A stretch of DNA of 64,000 nt from an uncultured Coriobacteriia bacterium (lineage in GTDB: Bacteria; Actinomycetota; Coriobacteriia; Coriobacteriales; QAMH01), in NCBI GenBank assembly GCA_959608885.1, contig CAUHSG010000003.1, forward strand, positions 2,276 through 66,275, given 5' to 3'. A program made the position numbers and the translations under genes. A model generated the notes under the pieces. That model was not told where the DNA came from, searched no databases, and saw only the letters and a list, made by a program, of their open reading frames with translations. This document shows, piece after piece, positions 1 through 8,995 of this stretch (the stretch's first letter is position 1; each line of letters begins with the position of its first letter).

Positions 1-122
1 CCCTGGTCGGTCGTTTCGAGCAAGATGCCCGAGAGAATGGGGAGCGTCGAGCGTGAGGACATTCCCTTTGAGACGGTGTTGATGGCGTTGAGAAGGTCGT
101 CCTTCGAGATTCTGAATTTCAC
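1..122 (-). CDS. dnaN: DNA polymerase III beta sliding clamp, N-terminal fragment (gene continues past the left edge)
   Basis: Reverse-strand translation from GTG at 122 reads VKFRISKDDLLNAINTVSKGMSSRSTLPILSGILLETTDQ, a typical DnaN N-terminus. A GGGAGAG Shine-Dalgarno lies just upstream. It sits directly downstream of dnaA. It is too short to appear in the ORF track. Confidence 0.8.
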   Translation of the reverse strand, partial: MKFRISKDDLLNAINTVSKGMSSRSTLPILSGILLETTDQ

Positions 123-346
123 GTTTGCTCTCCCTATTATTAATAGTTCTTATTTATATATATCTAGTAATCATAATAAAACAGGTGAATTAGTGGAAAA
201 CCTCTCTTCTACCAGTTCACACCGTCTTTTTTGATTGACGTTCCTTGTCGAAAACCCAATGGGTTATCAACGGATATTTTAGCGGGTAAAACTTATCAAG
301 AAGCCCTCAACCTTCTTTTAACGGGTTTTCTACCTTGTTTTCCACG
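123..346. other. dnaA-dnaN intergenic spacer with an AT-rich tract and degenerate DnaA boxes (possible second oriC module or DNA unwinding element)
   Basis: An almost pure A/T run spans ~134-183 (ctattattaatagttcttatttatatatatctagtaatcataataaaaca). DnaA-box-like 9-mers are AGTGGAAAA at 192-200, TTATCAACG at 264-272 and TTTTCCACG at 338-346. Confidence 0.45.
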
Positions 347-1846
347 TTAGCAGCGCTCCTTTATGAGCAAGTTGAGTTGTTCGAGTTGATCGAAGAGCTG
401 CCTATTGTCCTTTTGGTCACGCTCGATCTTGTTGACGCTGTGCATGACCGTCGTGTGGTCGCGGCCACCAAACTTCTTTCCGATGGACTCGAGAGATTCC
501 TCGGTCATGTAGCGCGAGAGGTAAATCGCGATGTGACGTGGAGTCGTGATACCCTTCGAGCGCTTCGACGAGATCATGTCCTCATGCGAGATGTTAAAGA
601 ATCGTTCGACCTCGCTTTGGATGAGGGCGATGTCGATTTGCTTGTCTTGGATGGTCGGGAAGAAGTCCTGCAAGAGCTCCTGGGCCTCCTCGACGCTGAT
701 GCTGTTCTTCTTGAGTAACGTCATGTTGCTGACCAGACGTGTAATCGCCCCTTCCATCTCTCGTATGTTGGATGTGGCAACCTCCGCGAGATACGACAGC
801 ACATCGTCGGGGATGTTTCCGTAGAAGCTCGTATGCTGGTTCACACGCGAGAGATAGTTCTTGAGGATAGCCAGACGCGTCTCGTAATCGGGTGGTTTGA
901 TATCCGCGAGCAAACCGGAGATGAATCGCGAGCGCATGCGATCATCCATATCGATGTCCTTCGGCGCTCGGTCTGCCGAAAGGACGATTTGCTTGTTCCT
1001 GTTGGTCATCTCGTTGAAGATGTTGAAGAGCTGGTTGATGGTTTCGTCTTTACCTTCGAGGTATTGGACGTCGTCGACAAGAAGAATGTCGACTTGGTGG
1101 TATTTGCTGTTGAAGCTTCCCCATTGGTTGCGCTGCGTTGCCTCCACGTAATCATTGAGGAACTTGTTGGCCGATACATATCGTGTCGCCATGCGGGGAA
1201 AGTTCTGCATGGCGTAGTTTGCGATTGCCACGAGAAGATGAGTCTTTCCCAGGCCCGAGTTTCCGTAGATGAACAGCGGGTTGTAGGCGATGCCAGGTTG
1301 CTCGGCGACGGCAAGGGCGGCGCCGCGTGCGAACTCGTTTGATTTACCGACGACGAAGGTGTCAAAGGTGCATTTCGAGAACAGAGCCTCATCTCCACTC
1401 GTGGGAGAAGAAGCGTATTCGCTTCCCATTCGCTCTGCTTCCTCCGCAGCAGCCATGTTCGACGACGGCATCTGATTTGAGAGACTTGCCGGGTCAACGA
1501 ATTGGTTCATCCAGTCGGGTTCTGTGTTCTGTGCAGTCTCTACCGGCGTAGGCTGAGGAATCTGCGTACTTGCCGCCGATTGTTGGGGTACGTCTTTCGG
1601 CGTGTTGACGCCAAGGCCAACGGTGATGGGATTTCCCGTGACTTGGAGAAGCTTCTCCTGCATCTCCTCGAGGTAATTCTTTCGTACCCACGACTCGACA
1701 GGTGTGCTCTCTGCAATGAGGACGAATTGATCCCCAAAAACTCCAACGGGAGTCAGCAGGTTGAGGAAGACGGTCTTTGGGTCCTCCTCGTCTATATCCT
1801 CGAGAAGGAGGGCGAGCGTCTTGTTCCAGATTTCGTCTTTATCCAT
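347..1846 (-). CDS. dnaA: chromosomal replication initiator protein DnaA
   Basis: 499 aa ORF. It has a Walker A motif (GNSGLGKTHLL), a box VII region, and the C-terminal DNA-binding signature GGRDHTTVMHSVNKI. Confidence 0.97.
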   Translation of the reverse strand: MDKDEIWNKTLALLLEDIDEEDPKTVFLNLLTPVGVFGDQFVLIAESTPVESWVRKNYLEEMQEKLLQVTGNPITVGLGVNTPKDVPQQSAASTQIPQPTPVETAQNTEPDWMNQFVDPASLSNQMPSSNMAAAEEAERMGSEYASSPTSGDEALFSKCTFDTFVVGKSNEFARGAALAVAEQPGIAYNPLFIYGNSGLGKTHLLVAIANYAMQNFPRMATRYVSANKFLNDYVEATQRNQWGSFNSKYHQVDILLVDDVQYLEGKDETINQLFNIFNEMTNRNKQIVLSADRAPKDIDMDDRMRSRFISGLLADIKPPDYETRLAILKNYLSRVNQHTSFYGNIPDDVLSYLAEVATSNIREMEGAITRLVSNMTLLKKNSISVEEAQELLQDFFPTIQDKQIDIALIQSEVERFFNISHEDMISSKRSKGITTPRHIAIYLSRYMTEESLESIGKKFGGRDHTTVMHSVNKIERDQKDNRQLFDQLEQLNLLIKERC

Positions 1847-1855
1847 CTCAAAAGC

Positions 1856-2608
1856 CTATCTGCTCAGGAATGTCAGGCCCTGGTTGGTTAACATTCTCTT
1901 CTTTCCACCCTCTGTCTTCTTCAGAAGACCCATGTCTTCGAGCTTGTTAAGCGCACGATGTCCCGTGGAGAGACTGATATCGAGGTTCTGCTCGACTTCT
2001 GTCGGTCCTATCAATCCCATTTCCTGGGCAAGGACAAGAATATTGTATTCGCGTTCCGTCAATTCCTGCTCTGCGTTTTTACTATGTTGTGGCATCTCGC
2101 GATAGACCACGGGCGCTGCCTGCGGGGTGTTTTGGTCGATCTGAATGGTAACGACCGTTCCCTCTTTGATGTTGTCCTCGATGATGAGGCGGCCATTTGA
2201 GAAACGCAGATAGTCCTTTACCGTGGGAAGACCGGACCCGACGCCGCGTATGTACTTGCGCATCTCGGATGTTGCGGAGGTAAAACCCGGGAGTTGGGCA
2301 CGTTGCTTATCCGCGATTCCCGGTCCTTGATCGGTGAATTTGATGGTGTTCCCATTATCGAGAATCGAGATGCAGGGGTCTCTGAACTGTGCATGAATAA
2401 AGTTTTCGCATACTTCCTTGATAACGGTATACGGGATGGAACTTCCCTTTTGCTGCGCAAGTTCGTAGGTCTTGGCGGCGATTTGCTCGATGTACTGGGC
2501 AATGTCCGTAGGTTCTATATCAAAGATGCGAGGTGCCGCGAGAAGATCATCGTATATAGCGATGCGCGTTGGCGTAAGTTCAGGGATTTCCTCTTCTTGG
2601 TTCCCCAT
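1856..2608 (-). CDS. GHKL (histidine-kinase-like) ATPase domain fused to a C-terminal winged-HTH; function unknown
   Basis: 250 aa ORF. N-box-like EVCENFIHAQF, G1-like DQGPGI and G2-like GVGSGLP motifs are present. The C-terminus (EREYNILVLAQEMGLIGPTEVEQNLDISLSTGHRALNKLEDMGLLKK) looks like a MarR/ArsR-type wHTH. Its stop is 9 nt upstream of the dnaA start on the same strand. Confidence 0.7.
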   Translation of the reverse strand: MGNQEEEIPELTPTRIAIYDDLLAAPRIFDIEPTDIAQYIEQIAAKTYELAQQKGSSIPYTVIKEVCENFIHAQFRDPCISILDNGNTIKFTDQGPGIADKQRAQLPGFTSATSEMRKYIRGVGSGLPTVKDYLRFSNGRLIIEDNIKEGTVVTIQIDQNTPQAAPVVYREMPQHSKNAEQELTEREYNILVLAQEMGLIGPTEVEQNLDISLSTGHRALNKLEDMGLLKKTEGGKKRMLTNQGLTFLSR

Positions 2609-2647
2609 GTTTAGCTGTTCCTTTTCATCAGATATGGAAACTGGGAG

Positions 2648-3091
2648 TTATCCACAATATAAAACACAATTGACAAGGGTTCAGAGTAGCAAATAACCCC
2701 ACGAAACCAAATCTTTCTCATAAGAAATGGAAAAGTTTTCATATAGTTTATCAGGTGATTTCATAGTTATCCACATTATTTTCCACTTATGTTGATAAAT
2801 CAGGGAAAACTTGAAAAGAGAGCTTGGCAAAACGAAAGGAAAAATGATGTCAAGTTGAAAAACGCAGGAGAACAAAAAAGAATCACTTAGTTTTACACGT
2901 ACAAATGTTCCTCAATGTGGAAAACCTTTTTCTCATTGAGGAAATAAACATAGGTATGTGAAAAAGTGATACATGAAAAAGAGAAAAACAGGGAAAAAGA
3001 CTGAAAAGCTGGGGAAAACATCAGAAATATAAACAGAAAAGTTTAGGTTTTCCACACTTTCAACAAAGACAAGCACAGGGATTGTGAATAA
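2648..3091. promoter_or_regulatory. DnaA-box cluster (oriC-like) in the AT-rich spacer between the GHKL/dnaA operon and rpmH
   Basis: Perfect TTATCCACA boxes at 2648-2656 and 2767-2775. TTTTCCACT at 2779-2787, TGTGGAAAA at 2926-2934, TTTTCCACA at 3048-3056 and TGTGAATAA at 3083-3091. No convincing ORF is present and the surrounding sequence is A-rich. Confidence 0.7.
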
Positions 3092-3159
3092 CTAGGGGAA
3101 CAGGTAAAGCTCCTGCTCATGGCAATTTATATTGATTGGGTTGGTATCGAAAAATTATC

Positions 3160-3189
3160 TTGACTCGCATTTCTGCTGCATATTACAAT
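3160..3189 (+). promoter_or_regulatory. candidate sigma-70-type promoter for rpmH
   Basis: TTGACT at 3160-3165, an 18 nt spacer, then TACAAT at 3184-3189. This is ~50 nt upstream of the rpmH ATG, which is preceded by an AGGAGG RBS. Confidence 0.5.
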
Positions 3190-3241
3190 TCTGAAGCTTA
3201 TCAATAAGTACAAGGGGAGTTTCCCTTTAGGAGGAATTGAA

Positions 3242-3376
3242 ATGAAGCGTACCTATCAGCCCAATAAGCGCAAGCGCGCGAAGTGCCATGGTTTTCGTTC
3301 TCGTATGGCCACACGCGGCGGTCGTAATGTTCTCAAGGCACGTCGTGCCAAGGGACGTAAGTGCCTGACGGTTTAA
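3242..3376 (+). CDS. rpmH: 50S ribosomal protein L34
   Basis: Manual translation gives [44 protein letters not shown] (44 aa), which is the canonical L34 sequence. An AGGAGG RBS precedes it. It is below the ORF-track length cut-off. Confidence 0.95.
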   Translation: MKRTYQPNKRKRAKCHGFRSRMATRGGRNVLKARRAKGRKCLTV

Positions 3377-3418
3377 AACCGTAATCTCGTCAGCTTCTTT
3401 TTCAAGGACTGACTGCCT

Positions 3419-3757
3419 ATGAGGGGCACCATTAAGAGCAAAGAGGACGTAGAGCGTCTCTTCTCAACGGGGAGGCGCTCTACTTCGTCTTCGATGACAA
3501 TCATCATGTGTGAGAGCGACACATCCGATCTTGGTAGGTGTGCCTTTATCGCCGGCAAGAAGCTTGGTTGTGCCCCTCTAAGAAGTCGTTGTAAGCGAGT
3601 AATGCGCGAAGTGGCAAGGGAGCTTGGGGCGCCGTGGAAAGGCTATGATATTGTCTTTCTCGCGCGAAAGGGCGTTGCTCATGAAGATCACGAGGAAGTG
3701 ATCAGGCAAGTGAAACGAAGTCTCGCCAAATTAGGGGTCGTTGATGAGCGCTCCTAA
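3419..3757 (+). CDS. rnpA: ribonuclease P protein component
   Basis: 112 aa basic protein immediately after rpmH. It has the [18 protein letters not shown]-type RNR-like motif and conserved synteny. Confidence 0.85.
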   Translation: MRGTIKSKEDVERLFSTGRRSTSSSMTIIMCESDTSDLGRCAFIAGKKLGCAPLRSRCKRVMREVARELGAPWKGYDIVFLARKGVAHEDHEEVIRQVKRSLAKLGVVDERS

Positions 3758-3992
3758 GATCCTGCGGGTCATGAGCTCCGTACCCAAGCGAATCGCGATG
3801 ACTCTGGTTGGTTTTTACCGGAAATATATATCTCCGATGTTTCCTCCTTCCTGCCGGTACGTGCCTACTTGCTCCGAATACGCTATGATTGCACTTCAAC
3901 GCTACGGCTTTGTTAAAGGGTCATGGATGGCGATAAAAAGAATTTGTCGTTGTCACCCCTGGCATCCGGGCGGATATGATCCGGTACCGTGA
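3741..3992 (+). CDS. yidD: membrane protein insertion efficiency factor YidD
   Basis: The sequence [58 protein letters not shown] is the YidD signature. The start is ambiguous (TTG at 3741 or ATG at 3744). It overlaps the rnpA end. Confidence 0.9.
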   Translation: MMSAPKILRVMSSVPKRIAMTLVGFYRKYISPMFPPSCRYVPTCSEYAMIALQRYGFVKGSWMAIKRICRCHPWHPGGYDPVP

Positions 3993-4025
3993 TTTTGATT
4001 ACTATCCATTGAGAGGTTCTAATTT

Positions 4026-4790
4026 ATGTGGGATGGAATACTTAATGGCTGTGCAGCCGCACTTTACGAGCTTGCCAAGCTTGTGGGTGACTGGGGTCTT
4101 GCGATTATCATCGTAACCCTCATCATTCGTCTGCTCCTCTTCCCTATCCAGAGGAAGCAGCTCAAGTCCAGCTTCCAAATGCAGCAGGTGCAGCCAAGAA
4201 TGCAGGAGATTCAAACGCTGTATGCTGGCGATCAGGTCAAAATTCAGCAGGAAATGCAGAAGCTCTACCAAGAGACGGGCTTTAACCCTCTTGCTGGCTG
4301 CTTGCCAATGCTCATTCAGATGCCCATTTTCATTATCTTGTTTCAAGTTCTACGCGACAAGATTGGGCAGTACGCTGGTGGAGAACTCTCCGTTAGTTTC
4401 TATAACATTCTGCCGAATCTAACTCAGACTGTGCCTGATGCCTTCAACCAGAACATCGTTTATTCCATCCCATACATCATCATGATGGTTCTGTTCATTG
4501 CTCTGTCTGTTATGCCCATGATTCTGCAGATGAAGCAAAACCCGCAGAATAAAAACCAGATGGTCATGATGATGGGCATCATGGGTATCATGTTTACCTG
4601 GATGGCCTTTATTTCTCCTGCTGGTGTAATGTTGTATTGGGCTCTTTCTTCGGGATTTGCCCTCGTGCAGCAACTTGTCACGCAACGTGTCCTCAAGAAG
4701 GAAGCTGCTGAGAAGGAAGAAATTGCGAGGCCCATCAAGGTTAATGTAGAGCGTCGCGAGAAGAAGAAGCGCCCCACGAAGAAGCATTAA
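4026..4790 (+). CDS. yidC: membrane insertase YidC/Oxa1 family (short Gram-positive type)
   Basis: 254 aa multi-TM protein with a basic C-terminal tail (RREKKKRPTKKH). Motifs include LLFPIQRKQLKS and NPLAGCLPMLIQMPIF. Synteny is conserved. Confidence 0.9.
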   Translation: MWDGILNGCAAALYELAKLVGDWGLAIIIVTLIIRLLLFPIQRKQLKSSFQMQQVQPRMQEIQTLYAGDQVKIQQEMQKLYQETGFNPLAGCLPMLIQMPIFIILFQVLRDKIGQYAGGELSVSFYNILPNLTQTVPDAFNQNIVYSIPYIIMMVLFIALSVMPMILQMKQNPQNKNQMVMMMGIMGIMFTWMAFISPAGVMLYWALSSGFALVQQLVTQRVLKKEAAEKEEIARPIKVNVERREKKKRPTKKH

Positions 4791-4805
4791 AGTGGAGGAA
4801 TCACT

Positions 4806-5375
4806 ATGAGTGAGGAATTCGAGAACGAGGAAACCTTCGAGGTTGAAGAGGAAGCCGGTGTCATCGAGGACGTCGATGAAGATGCAGCCGAGGAAATAGA
4901 GGAAAGAAGTGAGGAAGATCTGGATGCCGTAGCAGATACGGCGATTGAGGTTCTTCGCACTATTCTTGCTCATTTTGACGCTGAAGGTGCAGAAATCAAC
5001 GAATATGAGGGTGATGATCAGGAAATCATCCTTGATGTTGTTGGTGGTGACCTTGCCATTCTGATTGGCAGGAGGGGCCACACGCTCGAGGCAATTCAAA
5101 CGCTTGTCTCGAACATCACTAACCGCAAGCTTGGTTATAGGTATCCCGTTACGATTGATGTTGAGAGCTATAAGCATAGGCAGCGTCAGAAGATTGAGTC
5201 TCTCGCCTATTCTGCGGCCTCTCGTGCTGATCGCCAGGATAGAGAAGTAAGCCTGCGCCCCATGAATCCATACGAGAGGCGTCTTGTTCACATGGCCCTC
5301 CGTGATGATGAGCGCGTTGAGACCTATTCCGTTGGTGAAGAGCCCAACAGGCATGTTGTCGTAGCTCCGGCATGA
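4806..5375 (+). CDS. jag: RNA-binding protein Jag/KhpB (KH + R3H domains)
   Basis: Acidic N-terminus, a KH-like region (GDLAILIGRRGHTLEAIQTLV) and an R3H-like region (MNPYERRLVHMAL). It follows yidC as in most Gram-positives. Confidence 0.85.
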   Translation: MSEEFENEETFEVEEEAGVIEDVDEDAAEEIEERSEEDLDAVADTAIEVLRTILAHFDAEGAEINEYEGDDQEIILDVVGGDLAILIGRRGHTLEAIQTLVSNITNRKLGYRYPVTIDVESYKHRQRQKIESLAYSAASRADRQDREVSLRPMNPYERRLVHMALRDDERVETYSVGEEPNRHVVVAPA

Positions 5376-6043
5376 TTTTCGATACACTAGATATTGATAA
5401 ACAAGAGAAGATACGTTCGTATCTCGAATTAGTCATAGAAAAGAATAAAGAACTCAATCTTACGAGGATTGACACCGAGGAAAAGGGAATGCTTCTTCAT
5501 ATAGAAGATTCCCTTTCTTGTCTTGACGAGTTCTGCAATATGGATGGCGAGTTTCTCGACATCGGTACGGGTGGTGGTTTTCCCGGAGTACCTCTCGCCA
5601 TCGCCTCAAATCGAACAGGTGTTCTGATTGATTCTGTACAGAAAAAGGCCCGCGCTGTCCAGGAAATGATTGAAGAACTAGGCTTAAATAATCAGATTCA
5701 AGCACGAGGAACAAGAAGTGAAGAACTTGCTCTGGAAGTAGGAGAAAGATTCACCACCATTGTTGCTCGTGCCGTTTCATCTCTTCCCGCAGTAATGGAA
5801 CTTGCTGCTCCCCTTCTTGTTATGGACGGAGAGTTAATTGCACTTCGTGGTAAAGAAGATGAAGTTGATCTAGAGACTATTGACACCATTGCTGAAAAGC
5901 TTGGTCTTGAAACGATTTCCAAAAGACACATATATATTAGTGAAACCTACGAGAGAACTATATATGTATTTAAAAAGGTGTCACAGGCAATGATTAAGCT
6001 TCCGCGAAGAAACGGTATAGCACAGAAACGACCTCTTTGCTAA
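5372..6043 (+). CDS. rsmG: 16S rRNA (guanine527-N7)-methyltransferase RsmG/GidB
   Basis: SAM-binding motif FLDIGTGGGFPGVPLAI. ATGA start/stop overlap with jag. Synteny is conserved. Confidence 0.9.
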   Translation: MIFDTLDIDKQEKIRSYLELVIEKNKELNLTRIDTEEKGMLLHIEDSLSCLDEFCNMDGEFLDIGTGGGFPGVPLAIASNRTGVLIDSVQKKARAVQEMIEELGLNNQIQARGTRSEELALEVGERFTTIVARAVSSLPAVMELAAPLLVMDGELIALRGKEDEVDLETIDTIAEKLGLETISKRHIYISETYERTIYVFKKVSQAMIKLPRRNGIAQKRPLC

Positions 6044-6055
6044 GGGTATTTCAGA

Positions 6056-6071
6056 TGTTTCACGTGAAACA
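6056..6071. promoter_or_regulatory. parS centromere-like site (copy 1)
   Basis: TGTTTCACGTGAAACA is a perfect match to the 16-bp palindromic parS consensus. Confidence 0.9.
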
Positions 6072-6093
6072 TTTTGATTGAGATTACTCGGAG

Positions 6094-6109
6094 TGTTTCA
6101 CGTGAAACA
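6094..6109. promoter_or_regulatory. parS centromere-like site (copy 2)
   Basis: A second identical TGTTTCACGTGAAACA lies 38 bp from copy 1, just upstream of parA. Confidence 0.9.
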
Positions 6110-6174
6110 AAAGAAGTGGTGTATATTGTGGCAAGACTAGTTTCCTTTTGTGCCGAGAGAAGGAAAGGAAAGAC

Positions 6175-6990
6175 GTGAACTTTAAAGAAGCAAAAAGAAA
6201 AGACACATCGAAGAATCCTTTAATTCTTGCTGTAATTAACCAAAAAGGTGGTGTCGGCAAGTCAACGACAGCCGTGAATCTTGGTGCAGCACTGGGAGAG
6301 AAAAAATACAAGGTTCTTCTTGTGGATTTAGACGCCCAGGGAAACGCAACGACAGGTGTAGGCTACGATAAGACAAAATGTGAAATCAGCACGTATAACT
6401 GTCTTGTAGACGATGATGTAAAGACTGAAGAAGCAATCAGCAAAACAAACACCAATAACATGTGGTTGCTACCCGCTACAATTGATCTTGCAGGTGCAGA
6501 AACAAAGCTCGTTGATGAGATTGCACGAGAGTTCCGGTTGAGCGACGCTTTGAAGGAGGTAAAGGGTGATTTTGATTTCATCCTTATTGATTGTCCTCCG
6601 TCATTGGGTCTTCTCACTGTGAATGCACTTGCAGCAGCAGACCAACTCATCATTCCAATTCAATGCGAATTTTACGCACTTGAGGGTTTGTCAAAAATCA
6701 TTGATTCAATGAATATGGTCAAAAAGCGCATTAATCCGAATCTTGATGTGTTTGGTGTAGTCATCACAATGTATGACAAGCGCACGACTCTTTCCAAAGA
6801 TGTTGCAAACGAAGTCGAAAACGTGTTTGGAGACAAGGTTTTCAAGACACGTATTCCCAGAACTGTTCGTATATCGGAAGCACCGAGTTATGGTGAGCCG
6901 ATTACCGAGTATGAGCCTAATGGAAAGGGCGCAGAAGCATATAGAGACTTAGCCAAAGAGGCTATCAAGCGCTATAAGAAACTAAGCTAA
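6175..6990 (+). CDS. parA: chromosome partitioning ATPase ParA/Soj
   Basis: Deviant Walker A motif INQKGGVGKSTT. The ORF opens at 6148 (TTG), but GTG at 6175 has an AAGGAAAGG RBS and is the likelier start. Confidence 0.93.
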   Translation: MNFKEAKRKDTSKNPLILAVINQKGGVGKSTTAVNLGAALGEKKYKVLLVDLDAQGNATTGVGYDKTKCEISTYNCLVDDDVKTEEAISKTNTNNMWLLPATIDLAGAETKLVDEIAREFRLSDALKEVKGDFDFILIDCPPSLGLLTVNALAAADQLIIPIQCEFYALEGLSKIIDSMNMVKKRINPNLDVFGVVITMYDKRTTLSKDVANEVENVFGDKVFKTRIPRTVRISEAPSYGEPITEYEPNGKGAEAYRDLAKEAIKRYKKLS

Positions 6991-7003
6991 GACGGAGGAG
7001 TTC

Positions 7004-7852
7004 ATGGCTACAAAAAAAGGTGGGCTTGGTAAGGGCTTAAGCGCCCTCATTGCAGATGCATCAATGGAATCTGGAAGCGGAATCAGTCAGGAAGAACTCG
7101 AGATAACGCTCATCGAACCTAATCCTGACCAACCTCGTAAGGTATTTGATGAGGAAGAGCTTGCAAATCTTGCAGATTCAATTCGGAAAGAGGGCCTCCT
7201 ACAGGCGATTATTGTTCGTCCAAAAGACGGCAAATATCAAATTGTTGCAGGTGAAAGGCGTTGGCAAGCTAGTAAAATTGCCGGTCTCGAGTCCGTTCCC
7301 GTGCGTATTGTTGAGATGGATGATGAGCAAGCGCTGCGAATAGCTCTCGTCGAGAATCTCCAGCGATCTGATTTGAACGCAATCGAAGAAGCGCGTGGAT
7401 ATAAAGATTTGATGGCACGAGGCGACCTCACGCAAGCAGAGCTTGCTGCAGCTGTCTCAAAGTCACGTTCTGCTGTTGCAAACTCGCTCCGGCTTCTCGA
7501 CTTGCCGCAACAAGTGCAGGATTATGTATACGATGGTGCTCTTACCGCGGGCCACGCACGTGCAATTCTCTCGATTCCTGAAGAGGACAAGCGCACTAAC
7601 CTTGCCGATAAGATCATTGCCGAGCATTTGACCGTGCGTGAGGCAGAGAATATTGCGCGCCTTGTTGCTTCCGGTTCGACCGAACGTGCAAAGCGTGCAC
7701 CAATGCCGCGCAGCTATAAACTTGTTGCCAAGGAGCTGCGTCGTGAGCTCGACACGCAGGTGCGCATCAAGTCTTCACGTGGCAAGAACAAGATTGAGAT
7801 TGAATTCAAAGACGAAGACGACCTTCAGAGAATCTTCGGTTTGATTCACTAG
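7004..7852 (+). CDS. parB: chromosome partitioning protein ParB/Spo0J
   Basis: GLGKGLSALI N-terminus, ParB box IVAGERRWQAS and an HTH region. It immediately follows parA. Confidence 0.95.
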   Translation: MATKKGGLGKGLSALIADASMESGSGISQEELEITLIEPNPDQPRKVFDEEELANLADSIRKEGLLQAIIVRPKDGKYQIVAGERRWQASKIAGLESVPVRIVEMDDEQALRIALVENLQRSDLNAIEEARGYKDLMARGDLTQAELAAAVSKSRSAVANSLRLLDLPQQVQDYVYDGALTAGHARAILSIPEEDKRTNLADKIIAEHLTVREAENIARLVASGSTERAKRAPMPRSYKLVAKELRRELDTQVRIKSSRGKNKIEIEFKDEDDLQRIFGLIH

Positions 7853-7866
7853 GCCCAAATGACATA

Positions 7867-8913
7867 TTACCCTTCAACACGTTGACGGAGCTGACCACAG
7901 GCTCCGTCAATGTCTTTTCCGCGCGATTTCCTAACGGAGCTTTCGATGCCACGAACGCTAAGTTCACGGAATACATGCGTAACTCTATCTGAGGGAACCA
8001 TCATGCCATCAGCCTCTTGACCTGGGGTTATAGGGTTCAAGGGAATCAAGTTGACGTGGCAGAGCATCCCCTTGCAAAAGTCAACGAGAGCAGCAACGTG
8101 TTCATCGTCATCGTTTACATCCTTGATGAGTGCATACTCGAAAGAGGGACGTCGCCCGGTGAGCTCACCGTAGTCTTTCACTGCTTTACGAAGTTCTTCG
8201 AGAGAGGTGCTTGAAACGCCAGGCATAAGCTCGTCGCGTGTTTTCTGGATAGCCGAATGAAGAGAGATGGCGAGTGTGAATTGTTCGGGCTCGTGCGAGA
8301 AGCAACGAATGCCCTCAAGCAATCCACAGGTCGAAACCGTGATGTGCCTTGCGCCAATGCCGAGCCCCGTCTTCGCATTCATGCGACGCAAGGCTTCGAG
8401 CAATGCCTCGTAGTTGAGGAAAGGCTCACCCTGACCCATGCAGACGACATTGGTGACACGCATGCCGAAGTCCTCTGATACGAGCTTGACCTGATCGTAC
8501 ATCTCTCCACTCGTGAGGTTGCAGACAAAGCCCGTCCGTCCCGTTGCGCAGAAGGTACATCCCATGGGGCATCCTGCCTGTGAAGAGAAGCAAACGGTCA
8601 GACGTCCATCATTGAGCGAGGGGATGCCCACAGTCTCAACATGTGCTCTGTTGGGAAGTTCGAAGAGGTACTTACGCGTGCCATCTTCAGAAACTTGGCG
8701 CATGACAAGATTGAGCGTGCCGATGAAGAATCGTTCATCAAGCTCTTCCCGCAGTGCCTTAGGTATATTATCCATTTTTGAGATAATAGAGCAGCCGCGA
8801 AGGTATAGCCATTCCTCGATTTGCTTTACGCGAAAACGAGGATGCCCGAGCTCTTCGACAAGAGCTTCGAGCTCAGCGTGGCTCAGCGATTTGATGTCGC
8901 GTTTCTCTTTCAT
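7867..8913 (-). CDS. rlmN: 23S rRNA/tRNA (adenine-C2)-methyltransferase RlmN, radical SAM
   Basis: FRVKQIEEWLY N-terminus, a radical-SAM GCPMGCTFCATG motif and a C-terminal ACGQL motif. Confidence 0.92.
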   Translation of the reverse strand: MKEKRDIKSLSHAELEALVEELGHPRFRVKQIEEWLYLRGCSIISKMDNIPKALREELDERFFIGTLNLVMRQVSEDGTRKYLFELPNRAHVETVGIPSLNDGRLTVCFSSQAGCPMGCTFCATGRTGFVCNLTSGEMYDQVKLVSEDFGMRVTNVVCMGQGEPFLNYEALLEALRRMNAKTGLGIGARHITVSTCGLLEGIRCFSHEPEQFTLAISLHSAIQKTRDELMPGVSSTSLEELRKAVKDYGELTGRRPSFEYALIKDVNDDDEHVAALVDFCKGMLCHVNLIPLNPITPGQEADGMMVPSDRVTHVFRELSVRGIESSVRKSRGKDIDGACGQLRQRVEG

Positions 8914-8995
8914 GAAACCCCGTCTAGACGCAATGACAGCCCTTACGATACCATTTTGCTCGACATATCGCCCGATGCTTCACGAGAGGCCAACC

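Noticed and set aside
8513-8995. N-terminal 161-aa extension of the ddl ORF.
   Set aside because: It runs antisense through the 5' half of rlmN. The Ddl homology begins at MIITKQ (8996), which has its own RBS.
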